In this document: positions 47,623 through 56,120 of the stretch, piece after piece | Position numbering within the stretch: position 1 is the stretch's first letter | Layout: the number at the start of each line of letters is the position of its first letter | DNA from: a virus | Direction: 5' to 3' (one strand) | IMG/VR virus record: IMGVR_UViG_3300032214_000566 | Coordinates: 1 to 64,000 of that record | DNA length: 64,000 nucleotides | Translations under genes and position numbers: made by a program | The notes under the pieces: model-generated | The model's input: the letters and a program-made list of their open reading frames with translations, nothing else | Told to the model about the DNA's origin: nothing | Database searches by the model: none

Positions 47623-48420
47623 TCATAAGAATAACTCAATATATTCTCTCCACTCACACTTTATTAAATTATATAACTCAGGTTGTTTAGTATATGTAAA
47701 ATCAAACATCTTTTCATCGCTACCAACATAACCATTTGAAATGGCGTCAAGTGTTACATTTTTGAATGTTTCACATACTTCTATGACCCTATGTTTTGGT
47801 ACGAATAATGACCCTCCTTGTATGAATCTTGTTTGTGACAATGCGTGGAATTCCGCATCCTCGAATCTTACGTAATCGTGATGAGAGAAAAACGTAACTT
47901 TATCATTGTCTAACGAATTAATCTTATCTAAATTTGGCCATTTTACATTTTTTTTAGGGTGGTCATCTCTAATCACACCTGCATCCGCCCAAACATATAA
48001 ATCAGCATCAAATAACCCCTTTTTAAATGAATCCAAAATATAAAATAACTTACTAAACATCACAACATTATATAATGGTTTAATCATTTCTGGTACGTCA
48101 AAATGTATTTTCTTTTTAAATTCATCACTAGACATTAATTTATCCAATGGTTCAAAAAATGTTTTATACCCCTCTATTTCTTCTAATGGTTGTACAATCA
48201 TAATCGTCTTTTCTAAATTGGGGTCAACCTCTTTTCTGAATTCTAAAATTTGTTCTTTAAATTTTTCTTCTGTATAGATTATTAGATTAGTATCTAAAAA
48301 TAGAATACTCCTCATCCACCAAATATATGTGTGGTATGACATCGTGTAATTGTCCCATTTATCTCTACCTATATCAAATAGTGCTGTTACTATTGCTGTT
48401 TTTTTTATATCCATTCCCAA
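47623..48420 (-). CDS. WlaTC/HtrL-family glycosyltransferase
   Basis: IVTALFDIGR...YNVVMFSK...WADAG...IQGGSLF...GSDE. Confidence 0.8.
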   Translation of the reverse strand: MGMDIKKTAIVTALFDIGRDKWDNYTMSYHTYIWWMRSILFLDTNLIIYTEEKFKEQILEFRKEVDPNLEKTIMIVQPLEEIEGYKTFFEPLDKLMSSDEFKKKIHFDVPEMIKPLYNVVMFSKLFYILDSFKKGLFDADLYVWADAGVIRDDHPKKNVKWPNLDKINSLDNDKVTFFSHHDYVRFEDAEFHALSQTRFIQGGSLFVPKHRVIEVCETFKNVTLDAISNGYVGSDEKMFDFTYTKQPELYNLIKCEWREYIELFL

Positions 48421-49151
48421 TTTATTTTCATATGTTTATGTTGTATATCCACTTGATTAACGTCGAATAAATCTGAAGTATTATCAGATTTAATTAACGT
48501 ATTAAGTTTAAATCCGTACTTATTTAACATTGTCGGCACAAAACCCTCAGAGTAACCATGTAACCCTTGTTCGTGTATCTCTAATAGTTTTTTCATCGCT
48601 TTATTTGAAAATCTATTAGTTGGGAAAAATGAACCGAATTTTTCATTTACATCTTCAGGTAATAAATCCCCATCACCAGGAAATCTTTCAAACCACATAT
48701 GTTGTGATGTTGTTCTATTATCCAATTTTGGTATATTTTCTTGGGAAATAACATTTTCATTTTTAAAAATAAAGTACCCTAAGAAATCCGAGTCGTCCTT
48801 ATCGGTACCTTCAAAAAATAAATTCCAATCTTTCATTTTCACATCATCATCAAAAAACCAATAGTAATCGTAATTTGGGTGGTCAATATAAAAATTTAAC
48901 ATCCTAAGGTGAGCATAAAACCATATAATATTTCTATTCCCGTAAGAGTTCCAATAATGTTTTTTACTAACATCACCATAAAATTTTAATCTATCTCTTA
49001 ATTCTTTTTCGGTATATGTAAAACCAAGATTAAATGTCGAATCTTTACTGATATCCGAAATCCAAGTTATTTCTTTTGGGAAGTTTCTCCAATGGTTTGC
49101 ATACGCAGGGTACACATCAGGTGTTGTACAAACACAATAAACACTATTCAT
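48405..49151 (-). CDS. Putative GT-A glycosyltransferase (DUF3405-like)
   Basis: YDYYWFFDDDV DxD motif; RFSNKA; SEGFVPT; C-terminal His. Confidence 0.65.
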   Translation of the reverse strand: MNSVYCVCTTPDVYPAYANHWRNFPKEITWISDISKDSTFNLGFTYTEKELRDRLKFYGDVSKKHYWNSYGNRNIIWFYAHLRMLNFYIDHPNYDYYWFFDDDVKMKDWNLFFEGTDKDDSDFLGYFIFKNENVISQENIPKLDNRTTSQHMWFERFPGDGDLLPEDVNEKFGSFFPTNRFSNKAMKKLLEIHEQGLHGYSEGFVPTMLNKYGFKLNTLIKSDNTSDLFDVNQVDIQHKHMKINWEWI

Positions 49152-49962
49152 ATTCTTTTGTTATAATTTCATTCCATTCAGGGATTCTATTGAATTGGTG
49201 AACAATATCATAAACTTCTCCCTTATGATTGTAAAGTTTATTATCTTTAAGATAGGGTATACCCCCGTATCTATTTGTTAATGTATTTTTAAATCCCCAT
49301 GATTCAAAAAATTGTGTCGGTCCCCCAACTGCACAATGTAATGTCCAACCCTCATCAAAAGAGAAAATTTTCAATCTATCAATCTCATTTTTTGCAATCA
49401 TTATTATCAAAGCAGCTTGGTCTTTTATGTTGTGGGAGTTATTACTATTCTCACACATATCATTTAATTTAGTATACACCTTTATTAAAGATTCTTTTCT
49501 ACCACCAATAACTCCTGAACATATAATGTCATGAGTTCTACAAATTTCTAAATCTTCAGGAAAAACTTTAGCAATTACATCACCATTCCATGGTTCTTCA
49601 TTTATTCTTAATCCTTCAGACCCGACAAATACATCATACTCATCTTCCATTTTAATAAACGGGTCCGATTGGAACGCAACATCAAATACGTCAGTTACCA
49701 TAAATAAATCGTAATCTGATTCTGTAATAAAATCTAATGTGTGTTTAAGTCTTTTGTTATTAATATACCACGTATCTTCAACCGTTACCGGAATTGGTAT
49801 TATACCCAATTCGTGACATATTTGTATTTCATCGTCATTAGTATTGGCACAAAGTAAAACAACGTCCCCATTAGTGTGTTTTTTAAAACTATGTGACCAC
49901 ACTTTAATTTTATTTATATTCTTACTTATATTGTTAGATAACCCAACTAAAACTTTTTTCAT
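49144..49962 (-). CDS. Putative GT-A glycosyltransferase
   Basis: TDVFDVAFQSDPF, CSGVIGG, DQAAL, IVHQFNR. Confidence 0.75.
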   Translation of the reverse strand: MKKVLVGLSNNISKNINKIKVWSHSFKKHTNGDVVLLCANTNDDEIQICHELGIIPIPVTVEDTWYINNKRLKHTLDFITESDYDLFMVTDVFDVAFQSDPFIKMEDEYDVFVGSEGLRINEEPWNGDVIAKVFPEDLEICRTHDIICSGVIGGRKESLIKVYTKLNDMCENSNNSHNIKDQAALIIMIAKNEIDRLKIFSFDEGWTLHCAVGGPTQFFESWGFKNTLTNRYGGIPYLKDNKLYNHKGEVYDIVHQFNRIPEWNEIITKEYE

Positions 49963-49965
49963 ATT

Positions 49966-50538
49966 TTAACAATTATAAAGAGTTATCTCCATTTCCTCAT
50001 TGAATCCGAAAATACTTGGCCATAAGTACTCTATCATCCAGTTATTGTGTGAAACAATTTCTGTGGTGGTTATCGTACTTTGTAGTTTTTCGTAAAATTC
50101 TTTAGGATTTTTAAGTATTAATTCTTTAGCTAATATTGATTGTGTACCTGCAATAAATTTTATAGGCATCGTAATTTCAATATTATTCGCCTTAGCGTAT
50201 TCAATAGATTGGTTAATAATATCGTCACCATCTCTTACATATGTAATACCCAAAGGATAATATTTTAACTGACTATTAAAATTATTTACCTTATCTAAAA
50301 ATGAAGGACAATGGTCAAAGGGGTTATCTTGAGTGAAACAAACAAAATCAGGTAGGTTATCATAATTTCTTATTATATAATCAAAATAAACAATAGCATC
50401 ATAACCAACATTAGGAAAATTCAATTCGAACTTATCGTTGTTTTTAGGGTTTTTATTATATACAATGTATGGGTAATTTAAATTTTTAGTCCATTCCAAA
50501 TCTTCTTGGAAATGACAAATAACAACAACTAAATTCAT
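49966..50538 (-). CDS. DUF3431-family protein (glycosyltransferase-like)
   Basis: VVICHFQEDLEW...PNVG...YIIRNYDNLPD...FTQDNPFDH. Confidence 0.75.
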   Translation of the reverse strand: MNLVVVICHFQEDLEWTKNLNYPYIVYNKNPKNNDKFELNFPNVGYDAIVYFDYIIRNYDNLPDFVCFTQDNPFDHCPSFLDKVNNFNSQLKYYPLGITYVRDGDDIINQSIEYAKANNIEITMPIKFIAGTQSILAKELILKNPKEFYEKLQSTITTTEIVSHNNWMIEYLWPSIFGFNEEMEITLYNC

Positions 50539-51788
50539 TTTTTAAATTTTTCTTCTATTTTATCACACCAACCTTTAGAAGTTGAAAAGGGCCATAAGAC
50601 CCACGAGTGCGGTGTTTCCGCAGTTTGGAATGTTCTACATATTTCGATTTTGGTTCCTTCTGTTTCTAAGATCCTTTTAATCTCATTTCCATCAGCATCT
50701 TGTCTAAAGATGGTCTCACCACCTTCTCTATGAAATGCAACCACCCAAAACTCATAATCATTTTCAGGTAATTGGTCTTTACCCAAACTAAAACACTTAG
50801 TTACCTCTTTAGTGAAACTATCTATCCACTCCTCCTCATTTCGATAATCATAAGGGTTCGGAGGGTAGTTCTTTTGTAAAGTATAATCCTGAACTGACCT
50901 TTTTTCGAATAACAATCCTGAATAAATTTCATAGTCTCTTAAGGTTCTTTCAGTACCAAAACCATATTTACCAACATGACCTTCTTGGTCTAAACCATCC
51001 ATACCAAAAAGTTTTCTATTTAATAAGTGTGATGAATCATTTTTTAAATGCCATTCTTTGTCATCATCCCATTGTTTTGTTCTACCATTTCTAGTATATT
51101 CATGCCAAACCACAACTCTATGTGGATGAAATAAATCATATCCATGAGTGAAAGCCCTAACGGCTATTGATATCTCTTCTCCATGAAAGTAAAATTCAGG
51201 ATTATGTTGTACTTCTCTTGAGAATTGACCTAATGTGAAACAAAAGTGGGCAGAATAAAATCTTGACGGTACGGGCATGTTTATTTCTTCCCAATTAGGT
51301 ATCGTTTCAGGTAAGAAGAAAACCGCCCCCTCAGGTATAAATTTATCAAAAGCCATTCTCCAAGGTACTTGTACCCTTCCATGAGGGTCATTTTGTGGAT
51401 TATACGATGGTACGTAAGACGTTAATAAGGGTTTTGGAATACCCATATCTTTTAATTGGTTTAACATATTAATCAATGTTTCATCCCAATTTTTTTCAAA
51501 TCTCATATGAGAGTCTATTTGAAGGGTGTACTCCTCGTCATTATATAATTGTTGTATTTGGTGTCTAGCCCAACATGCCCCCTTAGATTCTTGATGTGGG
51601 ATATTAAGTACTTTAAACCTTTTGTCATCATCATATTCCGATAAATCATCGAAAGTATCGTCAGGGTGATATTGTTTTGCAATAGCAAAGACTAAATTTT
51701 CGGGGTATTTTGCATTTTCAATACAGCTCTTAATTGTTGGTTTTAATTCAGGATCACGGTACGATGCAATTTGGATAAAAATCTTCAT
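50535..51788 (-). CDS. Polypeptide GlcNAc-transferase, GT60/Skp1-GlcNAcT-like
   Basis: IFIQIASYRD, AKYPENL, SKGACWAR, LQIDSHMRF..NWD, FHGEE...RAFTHGYD. Confidence 0.85.
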   Translation of the reverse strand: MKIFIQIASYRDPELKPTIKSCIENAKYPENLVFAIAKQYHPDDTFDDLSEYDDDKRFKVLNIPHQESKGACWARHQIQQLYNDEEYTLQIDSHMRFEKNWDETLINMLNQLKDMGIPKPLLTSYVPSYNPQNDPHGRVQVPWRMAFDKFIPEGAVFFLPETIPNWEEINMPVPSRFYSAHFCFTLGQFSREVQHNPEFYFHGEEISIAVRAFTHGYDLFHPHRVVVWHEYTRNGRTKQWDDDKEWHLKNDSSHLLNRKLFGMDGLDQEGHVGKYGFGTERTLRDYEIYSGLLFEKRSVQDYTLQKNYPPNPYDYRNEEEWIDSFTKEVTKCFSLGKDQLPENDYEFWVVAFHREGGETIFRQDADGNEIKRILETEGTKIEICRTFQTAETPHSWVLWPFSTSKGWCDKIEEKFKK

Positions 51789-51833
51789 TTTATTTTTATT
51801 TAAAAAGTAATAAAATGGTTGGTTAAATAAATA

Positions 51834-53072
51834 CTATATGAATGCGGTTGTCACACTGCCAGGACTTTGTGTAGTGTACCCATAAGCTCTAGGGGTTGTT
51901 TGTAATAAAGTTATCGCATAAGGAGAAGTTTCATTAATTCGATATAAATTACCATTACTATCCATAATATGTATCTTATTTTCGTAACCAACAATACCAA
52001 TAGGTGTCGTCACTGAAGCTGAAATGTCAATTTCAAAATCTAATGTTGAACTTGCAGAATACACATATTGTTGTATATAACTTCCATCACCGTTACTACC
52101 TAACACTATAAAGTCACCTGTAGTTGATAATGCTATATCGTATATCAATGGGTTACCGGAAAACGCACCTGCCAATGAGGTTATTTTAGTATATGTGGCA
52201 GCACTTGACCCGATACCTACTTCAAATATCTGAGTTTCACCATCTCCCGAAACATAAAGACTGGCAATCAATCTTCCATCATTAAATGCCTCTAATCCTT
52301 GTCTACTATTATATGTTTGATAATTAGAAATTGCTCTATTATATGTTGCAACAACAGGTGATAATGTCAGATCCCATTCATCTATTGCCCCGTCAGGCGG
52401 GTTAATCCAAAACTTATCGGAGGTATTCGCAATAGACCCCACTTGAGTAAATCCTGATAATGTTATAGGTCCGGTTTCAGTATTGGTTCCAACATCATAT
52501 ACGTAATAGTCATCAACATCAAAATCCTTAGCAATTACAAATTTAGGGTCGGTTGTTGGTGTAGGTGTTGGCGTTGGACTAGTTGTTGGTGTAGGAGTTG
52601 GTGTTTTTGTTGGGGTTGGAGTAGGACTTGTTGTTGGTGTAGGAGTTGGTGGGATAGGTGTTGATGTTGGGGTCGGAGTAGGGCTCGTTGTTGGTGTAGG
52701 CGTTGGTGGAATAGGCGTTGGTGTTGGGGTAGACGTAGGGCTAACTGTTGGCGTTGGTGTAGGACTAACTGTTGGCGTTGGTGTAGGGCTGATAGTCGGG
52801 CTTGGGGTCGGTGTAGGTGTAGGGCTGATGGTCGGTGTTGGTGTCGGGGCAGGAATACAAATTTGATTTTGCGTAAAAATACATCCATTTGTGTCGACCA
52901 ATTTTAAACCAACATAATAATAGTTAGGGAAAAAATAATCAGTATCCACCACAACTGTAGGTGGTATTTGACAACTACCTGATATTAAAAAGCAAGACGT
53001 ATATCCAGTATCACATAAAAATACATCATATGGACTTGTTCCACTTGTTACACCAGTTATTTGTATTATCAT
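51834..53072 (-). CDS. Virion protein: small Cys N-domain, about 100-aa Pro-Thr stalk, C-terminal beta-rich (propeller-like) head
   Basis: Translation. Confidence 0.75.
   Translation of the reverse strand: MIIQITGVTSGTSPYDVFLCDTGYTSCFLISGSCQIPPTVVVDTDYFFPNYYYVGLKLVDTNGCIFTQNQICIPAPTPTPTISPTPTPTPSPTISPTPTPTVSPTPTPTVSPTSTPTPTPIPPTPTPTTSPTPTPTSTPIPPTPTPTTSPTPTPTKTPTPTPTTSPTPTPTPTTDPKFVIAKDFDVDDYYVYDVGTNTETGPITLSGFTQVGSIANTSDKFWINPPDGAIDEWDLTLSPVVATYNRAISNYQTYNSRQGLEAFNDGRLIASLYVSGDGETQIFEVGIGSSAATYTKITSLAGAFSGNPLIYDIALSTTGDFIVLGSNGDGSYIQQYVYSASSTLDFEIDISASVTTPIGIVGYENKIHIMDSNGNLYRINETSPYAITLLQTTPRAYGYTTQSPGSVTTAFI
52546..52852 (-). repeat. Pro-Thr/Ser coding repeat (mucin-like)
   Basis: (PT)n with TISP/TVSP/TTSP units; synonymous codons are diversified. 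Confidence 0.9.
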
Positions 53073-53078
53073 CTATTT

Positions 53079-55832
53079 TTATAATTCTTGTACATTTAAA
53101 GTTGGTGCTGTTGATTCCCCAAATTTAATACTACCACCACTTATCTCATTAGCCTTTAAATAGTACGTATATGTTCCAGCGGCAGGCGCATCTATATAAC
53201 TCATACCAAATGGTGTGTTTTCACTTGCGGCACTACCTTCAGTATGCACAATAGCCCCAAGTTGTGTAGAGTCTCTCCAAAATTGTAATTTACACCAATA
53301 ACCAGCACCTGTATTTTCAGCATCTCCATAAGCACTTATTCTAACAGGATTACCATATGTCGTTATAGTAGTACTAAGTATTGTTTGTGGGCCCCCACTT
53401 GCTGATAATGTGACGGAAGCCCCTCCACCAACTTGTGAATAGTTAATACTACTTTTTACTCTACCAGTTACTGTTAAATTACCCGCATCTGTTAAACTAA
53501 GTAAAGTACTATTATATGCGTTATTAATAATTTCAAAACTACCAAAAATATCCGTTCTAAATGTTTTAGATGGTGTTGTTGCACCAGCTGCCGTGTTAGT
53601 TACTCTAATAAAATCAGTATAACCCGTACCTCCAATAGTTCCACTACCACTAAACGTTAATAATGCGGTTGTTGAATTTCCACTTGTTGTTATGGTACCT
53701 TTAGTTCCTGTTATCTTATTACTATTACCATTAAACGTTGTTGCCGATATGTCATTACCAATTATAGTTGACCCGGTTATTGCACCATTTGTGGTTATTT
53801 GAGAACCAACAATCTCACCTTTGGCCGTTATAAACGACGTTATACCACCTATTGCGTTTATCCCTTCAAATAAATTTGTTGAGATGTCAGGGTTACCTGT
53901 GCCATTTTTAATTGAGAATGCACCTATACCTGATGTCGTTATAATTTCAGGGTCTGCTGAATTGTCGTATGCCTGTTGTAATGTTGTTGTTGATAAACCA
54001 CCTGAACCTCCAAGTAACTCACCAAATTTAGATACTTGCGTAAATACAGCATCATCAACATCAGTTAAATCCGTTGCTCCGTCTTTAACCGTCAATAAAC
54101 CAATTAATATTCCGTTTGCTAAGTTATTGGGATAAACCACAAAAATCTCACTCTGGATTGCGGCTATCGCCTTTGCTAAAGTTGGGTAATACGATTGTCC
54201 ATATTGTATTCTAACAAGTCCTGTTGGGAATTGATAAATTCTTTGTGTCGTGTAGTTTCCTGTACCAGGCACCGCAGTAACAACTCCACCAACATCATAA
54301 TTTGTTGTGTCGATTGTTGTTGTATTAGTAAATGTTCCACCCGTTTGTGTTCTATATTGGAAAGTTGTTGGTGAGGTTCCTGATAAATTAACATTATTTG
54401 GTGATAATTGATTTGTTGACCAATTAATTCCGTTACCCCATAATGTGCCCGCGGATTTATCAATATTTAAATTAACTCCGTTTGCAGATACAATAACACC
54501 ATCATTAATTAAATTTATTGGGTCCCACAAATCACGAAGTGCCGACATTGGTGACACGTCATAATCAACCGTATTATTAACATTTTGTATTGTTGTTCTA
54601 TTAGGGTGAACTACTTTACCTAAATAAATGTTTTCTCTTCTTTGTTGTGATGTTGGAAATGTTCCTTGTTGGAATACTGTTCCTCCACTATTAACTAATA
54701 TATAAGTTGAGTCAGATAATGATATCCCTGTGATTGAATATGCCGTATTTCCCGTGTATATAATATTTCTAACACTAGGTAATGTTGCAAATTCATATGT
54801 ATTTGATACAATCCATCCTCTCATTGGTGAAATTGAAATTGTTGTACCTGACGTGTAAGTTAAACCTGTAAATTCGTATGTCCCTGTTGAAATAACATTA
54901 CCTTCAAGGATATTTCTTTCAATGTCGGTTAACGAAAGATTAATATCTTCATTGTTAATATTAACATATATGGCACCTATTGTTGTCCCCGATTTTAAAG
55001 TGTACCCAATTTCATTTGTTCTCGCACTGAAAGCCAAGGAAGACGTTGTTGTTACATAACCACCTGGTATTGTGTCCGATAAATATATAATACCACCGGG
55101 AGTATTTGAAACCGTAACTCCGCTTAATACCCCATTATTAATTGTGTATCCCGTTTGACCATTTAATATGTCATTTTCAATAAGTCCAATAACTTGATTG
55201 TTACCAGATTTAGACGCAATCGCCAATTGTACTGATGGTGTAATATTAGACGAACTAACTAATTTAACAGCACTACCTTTAAGTAAGGTGACACCCGTTT
55301 CATTAATAACCGTTGTTCTTAAAATACCAAGGTCATTTGACGGAGATATTCCACTTGTCCCCGCAGAACCTGATGTTCCGCTAGTTCCTGAAGATCCCGA
55401 CGTACCTGATGTACCACTTGTTCCTGAAGATCCTGACGTACCGTTAGCTCCTGATGTTCCACTAGTTCCTGACGATCCTGACGTACCGTTAGCTCCTGAT
55501 GTTCCACTAGTTCCTGACGAACCTGATGATCCTCTAGTCCCTGAAGTACCGCTAGTTCCTGATGAACCTGAAGCTCCCGTAACACCTGATGAACCTGATG
55601 AACCTGATGAACCTCTAGTACCTGAAGTTCCACTACTACCTGATATTCCACTTGTTCCTGAAGACCCATTAGTACCTGTACCCCCACTTATCGATGCGGT
55701 TACAGATGAAAAATAAATAGCACTTGTTACACCAGTTACTTCATTCGTATAATCAACTATAACCATTATACTATTAGGTGACCCCGAACCAATAAATGGT
55801 AGTTGTGATATTCTTGAATCTTGTTGTGACAT
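53079..55832 (-). CDS. Tail fibre-like protein with Gly-X-Y (GTS/GSS) collagen-like segment
   Basis: RISQLP N-terminus, (GTS/GSS)n, TTLQQAYD, C-terminal DAPAAGTYTY domain. Confidence 0.75.
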   Translation of the reverse strand: MSQQDSRISQLPFIGSGSPNSIMVIVDYTNEVTGVTSAIYFSSVTASISGGTGTNGSSGTSGISGSSGTSGTRGSSGSSGSSGVTGASGSSGTSGTSGTRGSSGSSGTSGTSGANGTSGSSGTSGTSGANGTSGSSGTSGTSGTSGSSGTSGTSGSAGTSGISPSNDLGILRTTVINETGVTLLKGSAVKLVSSSNITPSVQLAIASKSGNNQVIGLIENDILNGQTGYTINNGVLSGVTVSNTPGGIIYLSDTIPGGYVTTTSSLAFSARTNEIGYTLKSGTTIGAIYVNINNEDINLSLTDIERNILEGNVISTGTYEFTGLTYTSGTTISISPMRGWIVSNTYEFATLPSVRNIIYTGNTAYSITGISLSDSTYILVNSGGTVFQQGTFPTSQQRRENIYLGKVVHPNRTTIQNVNNTVDYDVSPMSALRDLWDPINLINDGVIVSANGVNLNIDKSAGTLWGNGINWSTNQLSPNNVNLSGTSPTTFQYRTQTGGTFTNTTTIDTTNYDVGGVVTAVPGTGNYTTQRIYQFPTGLVRIQYGQSYYPTLAKAIAAIQSEIFVVYPNNLANGILIGLLTVKDGATDLTDVDDAVFTQVSKFGELLGGSGGLSTTTLQQAYDNSADPEIITTSGIGAFSIKNGTGNPDISTNLFEGINAIGGITSFITAKGEIVGSQITTNGAITGSTIIGNDISATTFNGNSNKITGTKGTITTSGNSTTALLTFSGSGTIGGTGYTDFIRVTNTAAGATTPSKTFRTDIFGSFEIINNAYNSTLLSLTDAGNLTVTGRVKSSINYSQVGGGASVTLSASGGPQTILSTTITTYGNPVRISAYGDAENTGAGYWCKLQFWRDSTQLGAIVHTEGSAASENTPFGMSYIDAPAAGTYTYYLKANEISGGSIKFGESTAPTLNVQEL
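55350..55690 (-). repeat. Gly-Thr-Ser / Gly-Ser-Ser triplet repeat with a near-exact 45-nt duplication
   Basis: Gly every third residue for about 110 aa. Confidence 0.9.
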
Positions 55833-55840
55833 AAATTTTT

Positions 55841-56119
55841 TTACAAAATAATTTTATAACCGTTTTCTTGTAATAAAAAGAAACCGTTCTCTTGTAATAA
55901 ATAGTATATTGGGCAACTTACTAATTGGAAAAATTCACAATTAGTTGAATCAATTACTTTGACCATTAGAACTTCAGCGGTTTGGAATAAAGGACTTAGT
56001 GTAAATGTACCTCCAGAAGTTCCAATATTTTGACAGTTGTTACCATTCTCGTCACATATAAAAAACGTATACGGCGGGGTACCTCCTGTTTCACCTGTGA
56101 TTATTAAGTAACTACCCAT
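55841..56119 (-). CDS. Small virion protein (paralog family) with repeated LLQENG motif
   Basis: GGTPPYTFFICDENGNNC; YLLQENGFFLLQENGY. Confidence 0.65.
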   Translation of the reverse strand: MGSYLIITGETGGTPPYTFFICDENGNNCQNIGTSGGTFTLSPLFQTAEVLMVKVIDSTNCEFFQLVSCPIYYLLQENGFFLLQENGYKIIL

Positions 56120-56120
56120 T

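Noticed and set aside
52546-52852. CRISPR-like or non-coding tandem array
   Set aside because: The repeats are in-frame codon repeats with synonymous variation, without constant repeat plus unique spacer structure. No CRISPR array was seen in the window.
55198-55716. 172-aa PDVPLV-repeat ORF on the plus strand, and the alternative-frame ORFs at 55319 and 52535
   Set aside because: These are stop-free by-products of the GTS and PT coding repeats.
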